DNA of 16,792 nt from Chloroflexota bacterium. GTDB lineage: Bacteria; Chloroflexota; Dehalococcoidia; UBA2979. A program made the position numbers and the translations under genes. A model generated the notes under the pieces. It was not told the DNA's origin. It saw only the letters and a list, made by a program, of their open reading frames with translations, and ran no database searches. Below are positions 1 to 7,207 of this stretch, piece after piece. The stretch lies in assembly GCA_027593235.1 (NCBI GenBank), contig JAQCIU010000051.1:1-16792 (forward strand). Direction: 5' to 3'. The number at the start of each line of letters is the position of its first letter. Position 1 is the first letter of the stretch.

Positions 1-300
1 GGGTGCAGCGGCGGCAGGTGCCGCGCCTCCGCCGACCTGGGCGCGGGCGGCAGCGGCGTCGCTGTACCAAAGCTCGTTGATGGCGATGAACTTCGACTCG
101 GCTCCCGGGACTTCACCCTCGGGGAAGATCGCGTCGACGGGGCAGGCCGGCTGGCATGCTCCGCAGTCGATGCAATCGACCGGGTTGATGTAGAGCATCT
201 GGTCGGCGCCGTCCTCGAAGTGGATGCAGTCCACCGGGCAGGCATCAACGCACGCCTGGTCTTGCGTGCCGATGCAGGGTGAGGTGATCACAAATGTCAT
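1..300 (-). CDS. fdxA: 7Fe ([3Fe-4S]+[4Fe-4S]) FdxA-type ferredoxin with Ala/Pro/Gly-rich C-terminal extension; 3' end outside the window
   Basis: Not in the ORF track. Manual translation from ATG at 300: MTFVITSPCIGTQDQACVDACPVDCIHFEDGADQMLYINPVDCIDCGACQPACPVDAIFPEGEVPGAESKFIAINELWYSDAAAARAQVGGGAAPAAAAP. Has C-x7-C-x3-CP and C-x2-C-x2-C-x3-CP motifs, an SD-like AGGAAG upstream, and no stop before base 1. Confidence 0.95.
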   Translation of the reverse strand, partial: MTFVITSPCIGTQDQACVDACPVDCIHFEDGADQMLYINPVDCIDCGACQPACPVDAIFPEGEVPGAESKFIAINELWYSDAAAARAQVGGGAAPAAAAP

Positions 301-409
301 GCGCTACGCACTTCCTGCGGGCGCCACGAGTCATTCGAGGCGCAGGGGCGCTGGATGGCCCCGATCCTAGACGCGCCCTCTCTCGGCGTCCACGCGTACG
401 CACCTCAAC

Positions 410-433
410 CGTTCGCGGGGTCGTTCGCGGGGT
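410..433. repeat. 12-bp tandem duplication CGTTCGCGGGGT x2
   Basis: Exact copies at 410-421 and 422-433, between the PNPOx stop and the ferredoxin start. Confidence 0.8.
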
Positions 434-448
434 GCTGGTCGCGGTTCG

Positions 449-898
449 CTACGCGGGGCGCCACACCCGCCGTTGCGGGTAGGTGTCCGGCTGCCCGACG
501 TTGACCCAGCGGCTCCAGAGACAGCGCTGGATGTCGAAGGCCATGAGTGGATCTGCCGCCTTCGGCGTGAAGATCGCATCGTCGTGTGCCTGCTGTTTCA
601 GCGTGGGATCGCCTTCCTCGCGCACCACGCCGGCGAGGTAGAACTCCTCGTCGTCGTCACCCGGCAGCGCGTGGAGTGCGAAGCGCGCATCCCGCCGCAG
701 ATCGCCGATCTTCGTCGTCGCGCTCGCGACGCTGACGTACAACTCGGCGCCGGAGCGGATCGGCGTGATCGGGTGCACCCGAGGCCCGCCGTCCGGTCGC
801 ACGGTCGCGAGGTACGCGATCCCCCGCGAGAGCAGCGCCCAGCCTGCCCTCGCAAGTTCCGGCTCGGCCGCCTCCAGTTCCGCCCAGGTCGCCATCAT
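449..898 (-). CDS. Pyridoxamine 5'-phosphate oxidase-like split beta-barrel protein (FMN- or F420-binding)
   Basis: YLATVRPDGGPRVHPI, K..DLRRDARFALH and EFYLAG motifs. SD GGAGGGGAG lies just upstream of ATGATG at 898/895, so the start is here rather than at 1126. Confidence 0.88.
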   Translation of the reverse strand: MMATWAELEAAEPELARAGWALLSRGIAYLATVRPDGGPRVHPITPIRSGAELYVSVASATTKIGDLRRDARFALHALPGDDDEEFYLAGVVREEGDPTLKQQAHDDAIFTPKAADPLMAFDIQRCLWSRWVNVGQPDTYPQRRVWRPA

Positions 899-1069
899 CG
901 TCGCTCCCCTCCGCTCGTAGCGCCCTCGCAGCGCGCCCAGCGCCGTGCTTGGTCGGAGCATGCACCCGGACGGGTGACGGCGGGTTGTCAGGAGTGGCGG
1001 GCGAGGAGCGGGCGACCCCATTTCGTCAGAGAAGCACGGGTCCGCGAGCCCGCGACCGTGATCCCGTCC

Positions 1070-1086
1070 GCATACACTTGGTATGC
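1070..1086 (+). promoter_or_regulatory. Palindromic operator GCATAC-N5-GTATGC overlapping a putative -10 (TACACT, 1073-1078) of the P450 operon
   Basis: Perfect 6-bp inverted repeat in a locally AT-richer patch, ending 23 nt before the P450 ATG at 1110. Confidence 0.6.
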
Positions 1087-1109
1087 CACCGACAGTGAGA
1101 GGCGACCAC

Positions 1110-2462
1110 ATGACCACCAGCACCAACCCCTTCTCGGCCGAGATGAAGGAGTGCCCCTACCCCGGCTACGACGCGTGGCGGGAGCAGGCGCCGGTCACCT
1201 GGAGTGACGAGATCCAGGCATGGATGGTCACCGATTTCGAGCTGGCTAAGCAGGTCCTGGAGGACCACGTCACGTTCTCCAGCAAGAACAGCGTCTTCGG
1301 TGGCCCACAGATCGAGCACCCCGAGTTCCCTTCGATGATCAACATCGACGAGCCGGAGCATAAGAAGCTGCGCGCGCTCGTCTCCAAGGCGTTCACGCCG
1401 CGGACGATCGACGACGCGTGGGAGCCGCGTATCCGCGAGTACGTCAAAGAGTTGCTCGACGCCGTCGAGGCGCGCGGCGACGGCGAACTCGAGATCGTCG
1501 GCGATCTCGCCTATCCGCTCCCGGTGCAGATGATCGCGGAGATCATCGGCGTCCCGCCGCAGTTCTTCGAGCAGTTCAAGCTCTGGTCCAACCGCATCGC
1601 GCAGGGCATCGGCCGCATCCCCGAGCACGGCTACGCCAGCTTCGAGGAGGCCGCCGAAGCCGCCGAGGAGGCGCTGGCGGGCGTCGATACCGAAGAGCGC
1701 GAGTACACGGCCGAGGAGGTCGCGCGCTTCAACGAACAGGGTGTCCGCCAGTCGGCGGGCGAAACGGCGACGGAGGAGGCCGACGAGAGCGACTCGCTCT
1801 TCCTCTACTTCCTGCAGCAAGTGCAGGAACGCCGTGCGGCCCCGCGCGACGATCTGATCACGCGCCTGGTCGAGGCCGAGGTGGACGGTCAGCACCTCTC
1901 CGACATCGAGCTGGTCGCATTCCTCGTGCTGTTGCTGGTCGCGGGAAACGAGACCACCACCAACCTCATCAACCACACCATCCGCGGGCTGGCCGAGAAT
2001 CCCGATCAGCAGCGCCACCTGCGCGAACACCCGGAACTGCTCGCCGCCACGATGGAAGAGGCGCTGCGCTGGGAGTCGCCGATCCAGAGCTTCTACCGAC
2101 GCGCGAACGTCAACACGACCGTCGGTGGCGCCGACGTGAAGGCCGGGCAGGCGGTGCTGGTGATCTACGCGGCGGCGAACCATGACCCGGCCCGCTTCGA
2201 GTGCCCGGCCGATTTTGACATCGAGCGGTTCAACGTGAGTTCCGGCAGCCGCGATCACCTCGCCTTCGGGCGTGGCATCCACACCTGCCTCGGCGCCAAC
2301 CTCGCGCGCATCGAAGCCGCCGCCGCGATCGGCGGCGTCCTGGAGCGCTTCGCCTGGCTCGAGCCGATCGAGGATCAACAGGTGGAGTGGTGGGACACGC
2401 CGTTCTTCCGCGGCCCGCTTGCGTACCGGGTGCGCCTGGCAGCCGCCGTACCGGACGCGTAG
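1110..2462 (+). CDS. Cytochrome P450 with an acidic F-G region insertion
   Basis: I-helix AGNETT, K-helix EEALR (ExxR) and heme motif FGRGIHTCLG. SD-like GAGAGG precedes ATG 1110; an alternative in-frame ATG is at 1083. Confidence 0.96.
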   Translation: MTTSTNPFSAEMKECPYPGYDAWREQAPVTWSDEIQAWMVTDFELAKQVLEDHVTFSSKNSVFGGPQIEHPEFPSMINIDEPEHKKLRALVSKAFTPRTIDDAWEPRIREYVKELLDAVEARGDGELEIVGDLAYPLPVQMIAEIIGVPPQFFEQFKLWSNRIAQGIGRIPEHGYASFEEAAEAAEEALAGVDTEEREYTAEEVARFNEQGVRQSAGETATEEADESDSLFLYFLQQVQERRAAPRDDLITRLVEAEVDGQHLSDIELVAFLVLLLVAGNETTTNLINHTIRGLAENPDQQRHLREHPELLAATMEEALRWESPIQSFYRRANVNTTVGGADVKAGQAVLVIYAAANHDPARFECPADFDIERFNVSSGSRDHLAFGRGIHTCLGANLARIEAAAAIGGVLERFAWLEPIEDQQVEWWDTPFFRGPLAYRVRLAAAVPDA

Positions 2463-2480
2463 CCGGCAAGGGGTCGCGTC

Positions 2481-3230
2481 GTGGATGAGCCAGAGGTCAT
2501 TCTGTTCGACCTCGATGACACGATCGTCGACTTTTCGTGGAACCAGTCGGACGCCTGGCGGCACACCTGCATCGAGGCCTGCGCGGAGATCGAGGCCGAC
2601 GCGGACGCGCTGCATGGCGCGATCCGCAGCGCAGGGAGTGCGTTCTGGGCGGATCACGATCGCGCCGAGCGCGGTCGCCGTGACCTGCGCGCGGCCAGCG
2701 CCGAGATCGTTTCCGCGGCCCTCGCGGCCCTCGACATCGCGGCGCGCGCCGACCTGCCGCGGGAGATGGCGGAGCGGTACCGCGCGCGTCGCGAGGAGGG
2801 CATCCGGCTCTTCGACGGTGCCACGGACGTCCTCGATGCGCTGCGTGCCGCCGGGCGGCGGCTCGCGCTGATCACCAACGGGACGAGCGAGGAGCAGCGC
2901 GGCAAGATCGAGCGCTTCGACCTCGCACATCACTTCGACCACATCCAGATCGAGGGCGAGTTTGGCCTCGGCAAGCCGCACGACGCGGCATACCGCCACG
3001 CGCTGGCCTCGATGCGGGCGGATCCGCGGACGACGTGGTTCGTCGGCGACAACCTCGAATGGGACGTTGCGGCGCCGCAACGTCACGGCATCACGGGCAT
3101 CTGGGTGGACGTGCACCGCAGCGGGCTTCCGGTGGATTCGGCGCACGCGCCGGACCGGGTGGTCCACCGGATCACTGAATTGATCGAGACCGATCGAGTC
3201 GAGCCGTCTGGGTCATCACAAAACAGATAG
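2481..3230 (+). CDS. HAD-superfamily (subfamily IA, YjjG-like) hydrolase/phosphatase
   Basis: Motif I FDLDDT, motif II ITNG, motif III GKP and motif IV VGDNLEWDV. GTG start with AAGGGG SD, 18 nt after the P450 stop. Confidence 0.93.
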   Translation: MDEPEVILFDLDDTIVDFSWNQSDAWRHTCIEACAEIEADADALHGAIRSAGSAFWADHDRAERGRRDLRAASAEIVSAALAALDIAARADLPREMAERYRARREEGIRLFDGATDVLDALRAAGRRLALITNGTSEEQRGKIERFDLAHHFDHIQIEGEFGLGKPHDAAYRHALASMRADPRTTWFVGDNLEWDVAAPQRHGITGIWVDVHRSGLPVDSAHAPDRVVHRITELIETDRVEPSGSSQNR

Positions 3231-3256
3231 ACTTCGGTCAGCTTGAGGGGGTTCGC

Positions 3257-4570
3257 ATGTCGGCAAGCCGTTCACTCCGTCGCAAGGTGGTCCGCGCGAT
3301 CCAGCCGCTGTACGTCCGCGGCACGCTGCTGAAGGAGCGCTTCAAGAGCAAGGTCGTCTGGAATCCGCTGTCCGACGATTATCACCAGAACCCCGTCGCG
3401 ACCTACGACCAGATGCGCGCGCAGGACCCCGTGCACTACAGCGAGCTGATCCACGCCTGGGTGTTCACCCGCTACGAGGACTGCGACGCGATCCTCCGCG
3501 ATCACAAGCGCTTTTCGAACGACTCCCGGAATGCCGATTCCCCCGCCAACGACCGCGCCGCGAACCTGAACGAGGCGCGATCGATCCTCGCCGCCGACCC
3601 GCCGGACCACACGCGTATGCGCTCGCTGGTCACCCTCGCCTTCACGCCAAAGGCGATCGAGGCGCTGCGCCCGCGGATCGAAGGGATCGTCGACGACCTC
3701 CTCGATCAGATCGATGCGCGGGTCCAGGCCGGGGAGCGGCACATCGACATGCTCGAGGCGCTCGCGATTCCGCTCCCGATCACGGTGATCGCGGAGATGC
3801 TGGGCGTGCCACCCGAAGATCTGCCGCGCTTCAAGACGTGGTCCGACCGCGTCGCACGCACCCTCGAGCCGACGATCACCGAGGAGCAAGCCGCGATCGC
3901 CGAGGTGGCGAACCGCGAGCTGGGCGCCTACTTCGAGACCATCATTGACCAGCGGCGGATCGAGCCGCGCGACGACCTGATCAGCCGCCTGATCGAGGCG
4001 GAAGACGCCGGCGACAAGCTCAGCCACGAGGAGCTGCTGGTCACCCTGCGGCTGATCCTGATCGCCGGAAACGAAACGACCACCAACCTGATTGGCAACG
4101 GGCTACTGACGCTGCTGAAGCACCCAGAGCAGCTCGAGCGGCTGCGGCTCACCCCCGAGTTGACGGAGTCAGCGGTGGAGGAGCTGCTCCGCTACGACAG
4201 TGCGGTGCAGACGGACGGCCGCACCGCCCTCGAGGACATCGACTGGGATGGCCACCTGATCCGGAAGGGACAGCAGGTGATCCTGCTGCTCGGTGGCGCG
4301 AACCACGACCCGACGGCGTTCGAGCACCCGGAACGGTTCGACATCGGGCGCGGTAGCAAGCGCCACCTGTCGTTTGGCCGCGGCATCCACCATTGCCTCG
4401 GCGCGCCGCTGGCGCGGATGGAGGGTCAGATCGCCTTCGACAAGCTCCTCGCGCGCTACGAGACGCTGCGTCTGGCGAGCGAACCGCGATTCAAGGACCA
4501 CATCGTGTTGCGCGGCGTGGAATCGCTGATCGTCGACCCCACGCCGGTCCGGGCGGCCGTCACCGCCTAG
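3257..4570 (+). CDS. Cytochrome P450 (CYP107/BioI-like clan) with basic N-terminal extension
   Basis: DPPDHTRMR, AGNETT, EELLR and FGRGIHHCLG motifs; SD GAGGGGG. Confidence 0.96.
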   Translation: MSASRSLRRKVVRAIQPLYVRGTLLKERFKSKVVWNPLSDDYHQNPVATYDQMRAQDPVHYSELIHAWVFTRYEDCDAILRDHKRFSNDSRNADSPANDRAANLNEARSILAADPPDHTRMRSLVTLAFTPKAIEALRPRIEGIVDDLLDQIDARVQAGERHIDMLEALAIPLPITVIAEMLGVPPEDLPRFKTWSDRVARTLEPTITEEQAAIAEVANRELGAYFETIIDQRRIEPRDDLISRLIEAEDAGDKLSHEELLVTLRLILIAGNETTTNLIGNGLLTLLKHPEQLERLRLTPELTESAVEELLRYDSAVQTDGRTALEDIDWDGHLIRKGQQVILLLGGANHDPTAFEHPERFDIGRGSKRHLSFGRGIHHCLGAPLARMEGQIAFDKLLARYETLRLASEPRFKDHIVLRGVESLIVDPTPVRAAVTA

Positions 4571-4595
4571 CCGCTCCTCCCCGGATGCGGGAAGG

Positions 4596-4931
4596 CTAGT
4601 CGTCGTCCTCGGCGGCGTCGCCGCTGTCGTCGTCCAACTCGCTACCGGTGACTACGAAGTGCTCGTCGAGCGCGACCTCGACCTGCGAGCCATCGGCGAG
4701 CCGGACTTCCACCTCGTAGGCGGCGCCGTCGTCCCCGACCTCGGTCGCGGTCACCTCGCCACCGCCGGTGTGGGCGAGCGCGGCGGCGACGGCGCGATCG
4801 TAGGTCTCACCGGTCAGCGGATGCTAGTCGCCATCCGTCGCCAGCGCGGTGCCACCAGCCACCGCCGCGGCGATCCCGATCGCGGCAACCATCGCACCAG
4901 CGACCACGCCGGTCCGTCGTGTGATCTTCAT
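4596..4931 (-). pseudogene. Secreted PepSY-domain protein interrupted by an in-frame TAG at 4824-4826 (nonsense mutation, sequencing error or readthrough)
   Basis: Manual translation: MKITRRTGVVAGAMVAAIGIAAAVAGGTALATDGD*HPLTGETYDRAVAAALAHTGGGEVTATEVGDDGAAYEVEVRLADGSQVEVALDEHFVVTGSELDDDSGDAAEDDD*. Signal peptide followed by the PepSY pattern (A..AAL...GG.V...E......YEVEV...DG...EV.LD). SD GGGAG before ATG 4931. Confidence 0.85.
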
Positions 4932-4989
4932 GCGAACTCCCGTTTCCAAATCCCTGGTTTCCATTCCGACCGAGGATGAACGGGCGCGC

Positions 4990-5046
4990 CTGAACCCCCG
5001 CTGAACACGGAAGCCGCCCTTCAGCCCGCGTTCAGGCACGGTTCAG
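4990..5046. promoter_or_regulatory. Divergent promoter with opposed 11-bp-phased direct repeats (putative OmpR/PhoB-family boxes)
   Basis: CTGAAC at 4990 and 5001; CTTCAG/GTTCAG/GTTCAG at 5019, 5030 and 5041. CTGAAC is the reverse complement of GTTCAG. Confidence 0.75.
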
Positions 5047-5086
5047 GAGCACACTGCGACCATCGAGGGCGGACGGGAGGTGCCGC

Positions 5087-5761
5087 GTGCGCGTACTGAT
5101 CGTCGAGGACGAACCGAAGATCGCCGCCGCCGTGCGCCGTGGCCTCGAGGCCGAAGGATTCGCCGTCGATCTGGCCGCGGATGGCGAAGACGGCCGCTGG
5201 CTCGCCGAAGAGAACGACTACGACGCGCTGATTCTGGACATCATGCTGCCGCGGCTCTCCGGCACGGACCTCTGCGCCCAACGGCGAGCGGCCGGGGACT
5301 GGACGCCGATCCTAATGCTGACCGCGCGCGACGGTGAAGTGGATGAGGCGAATGCGCTCGATGCAGGTGCCGATGATTATCTGACGAAGCCGTTCTCATT
5401 CGTCGTGCTGGTCGCGCGCGTGCGCGCGCTGGTGCGACGAGGGCAGGCGGTTCGTCCGGTTGTGCTCGAAGCGGGATCGCTCCGCCTCGACCCGGCCGCG
5501 CATCGTTGCTGGCGGGACGGTTCGGAGATCGCGTTGACCGCTCGCGAATTCGCGCTGCTCGAGTTCCTGCTCCGGCGGAACGGTCACGTCGTGTCGAAGT
5601 CATCCATTCTCGAGAACATCTGGGACTTCAACTTCGACGGCGACCCCAACATCGTCGAGGTCTACGTCCGTCACCTCCGACGCAAACTCGATCACGAGGG
5701 TCTGCCGTCGGTGATCGAGACAGTACGCGGCGCGGGCTACCGGCTCGCGCTGGGCGCGTAA
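5087..5761 (+). CDS. OmpR/PhoB-family response regulator
   Basis: Receiver motifs VEDE, ILDIMLP, LTAR and DDYLTKPF; winged helix LTAREFALLEFL...VEVYVRHLRRKL...IETVRGAGY. GTG start with SD GGGAGG. Confidence 0.97.
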   Translation: MRVLIVEDEPKIAAAVRRGLEAEGFAVDLAADGEDGRWLAEENDYDALILDIMLPRLSGTDLCAQRRAAGDWTPILMLTARDGEVDEANALDAGADDYLTKPFSFVVLVARVRALVRRGQAVRPVVLEAGSLRLDPAAHRCWRDGSEIALTAREFALLEFLLRRNGHVVSKSSILENIWDFNFDGDPNIVEVYVRHLRRKLDHEGLPSVIETVRGAGYRLALGA

Positions 5762-5771
5762 GGGGCTCCCG

Positions 5772-7181
5772 ATGTCGGACTCGACACTCACCCGCCTGAT
5801 CGCGGCGTCGCGCACGGTTCGCGTGCGGACCACCGGCGGTGCTGCCGCACTGGTCGCGATCGCGCTTCTGCTCACCGCATGGGCCACCGTCTTCATCCAG
5901 GAGCAAGAGCTGCGCCAGAACCTCGACGCGTCGCTCGATCAGCGGACAGCCGGGCTCGTCGGTGTCCTGAAGGGAGGGCCACTCCCCGCCGACTTCGCGA
6001 GCCGCGAGGACGAGACGTTCGTCCAGCTCGTTGGTGGCAACGGTCGCGTAGTGGCGGCGAGCCCAAACCTCGACGGCTACGCGCCGGTGGCGGGCGGATT
6101 CCGCCCCGCCGGGCTACGCGAGGCCCGCACCATCGACACGCTGCAAATCGACGACGAGGACCATTTCCGCGTGGTCGGCCAGCGCTTCAGCCATTCCGAC
6201 GGCAACGTCTACACGCTCTACGTCGGCGAGACCCTGCTGCCGATCGACGAGAGCGTCGCGCTGCTCCGCCGCAGTTTCCTTGTCGGCACACCGCTGCTGG
6301 TCATCCTCGTCACGGCGCTGACGTGGTACTTCGTGGGACGCGCGCTCGCACCGGTCGAGGCGATGCGCGCCGAGGTCGCCGACATCACCGCCAGCGAGCT
6401 GCACCGTCGCGTCCCGGCGCCGCCAACCGATGACGAGATTGGCCGGCTGGCCAACACGATGAATGAGATGCTCGCACGCCTCGAGGAGTCGCAGGCGCGC
6501 CAGCAGCAGTTCGTCGCGGACGCGTCGCACGAGCTCCGCAGCCCGCTGGCGAACATCCGCGCGCAACTCGAGGTCGACCTCGCCCACCCGGATCAGGCGA
6601 GCCCACTGGCGACCGAGCAGTCTGTCCTCGACGAGGCGATGCGCCTCGAGCGTCTCGCCGACGATCTGTTACTGCTCGCACGCGGCGACTCCGGCGCTCC
6701 GATGCGCGCCGAGCCGGTCGACCTCGACGACATCATCTTCCGTGAAACGGAGCGGCTCCGCGCTCGCCGCGGCGCGATGGTCGATACGGTGCGCGTCTCC
6801 GGCGCCCAGGTCGTCGGCGACGCGGAGCTGCTGAGCCGCGTGATTCGCAACCTCCTCGAGAACGCCGCCCGCTACGCCGCCGAGCGGATCACCGTCGAGC
6901 TGCGCGAGGATCGCCGCAGCGGCCGGATCGAACTCGTTGTAGCCGACGACGGGCCAGGCGTTCCCGCCGAGGCGCGCGAGCGGATCTTCGAGCGGTTCGC
7001 ACGCCTCGATGCCGCCCGCGGCCGCGATGTCGGAGGCGCGGGACTCGGCCTCGCGATCGTGCGCGAGATCGTCCAGCGGCACGGCGGTGCCATCGAGGTC
7101 GACGTGTCGTCCGAGGGCGGCGCGCGCTTCACCGTACGACTGCCCGTCGACCGGGCGGCCTCGCAGTGGCCGGCGGCGTAG
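5772..7181 (+). CDS. Membrane sensor histidine kinase (TM-sensor-TM-HAMP-HisKA-HATPase)
   Basis: Two hydrophobic helices, HAMP (DEIGRLANTMNEML), H-box DASHELRSPL, N-box NLLENAARY, G1 DDGPG, F-box IFERF and G2 GAGLGL. Confidence 0.97.
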   Translation: MSDSTLTRLIAASRTVRVRTTGGAAALVAIALLLTAWATVFIQEQELRQNLDASLDQRTAGLVGVLKGGPLPADFASREDETFVQLVGGNGRVVAASPNLDGYAPVAGGFRPAGLREARTIDTLQIDDEDHFRVVGQRFSHSDGNVYTLYVGETLLPIDESVALLRRSFLVGTPLLVILVTALTWYFVGRALAPVEAMRAEVADITASELHRRVPAPPTDDEIGRLANTMNEMLARLEESQARQQQFVADASHELRSPLANIRAQLEVDLAHPDQASPLATEQSVLDEAMRLERLADDLLLLARGDSGAPMRAEPVDLDDIIFRETERLRARRGAMVDTVRVSGAQVVGDAELLSRVIRNLLENAARYAAERITVELREDRRSGRIELVVADDGPGVPAEARERIFERFARLDAARGRDVGGAGLGLAIVREIVQRHGGAIEVDVSSEGGARFTVRLPVDRAASQWPAA

Positions 7182-7207
7182 CCGCTTCGGCTAGCGGGTC
7201 GCGGGCG

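Noticed and set aside
899-1126. N-terminal extension of the PNPOx ORF to 1126
   Set aside because: It overlaps the divergent P450 start and promoter, and a strong SD sits before ATG 898/895.
1026-3167. 713-aa antisense ORF, and other long shadow ORFs (8030-9142, 11813-13030, 13283-14221, 15688-16761)
   Set aside because: They overlap well-supported genes on the opposite strand, have no recognisable motifs, and are expected from high-GC codon bias.
4824-4826. Alternative genetic code (TAG reassigned)
   Set aside because: Nine genes in the window, including ppk1 and both P450s, end at TAG at their expected C-termini.
4659-4979. 106-aa plus-strand ORF
   Set aside because: It is the antisense shadow of the PepSY gene.
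4990-5046. CRISPR-like or IS terminal repeats
   Set aside because: The units are 6 bp with an 11-bp period, and there are no spacers, cas genes or transposase in the window.
7179-7193. Hairpin TAGCCG-CTT-CGGCTA between convergent genes
   Set aside because: A 6-bp stem with no U-tract is too weak to call a terminator.
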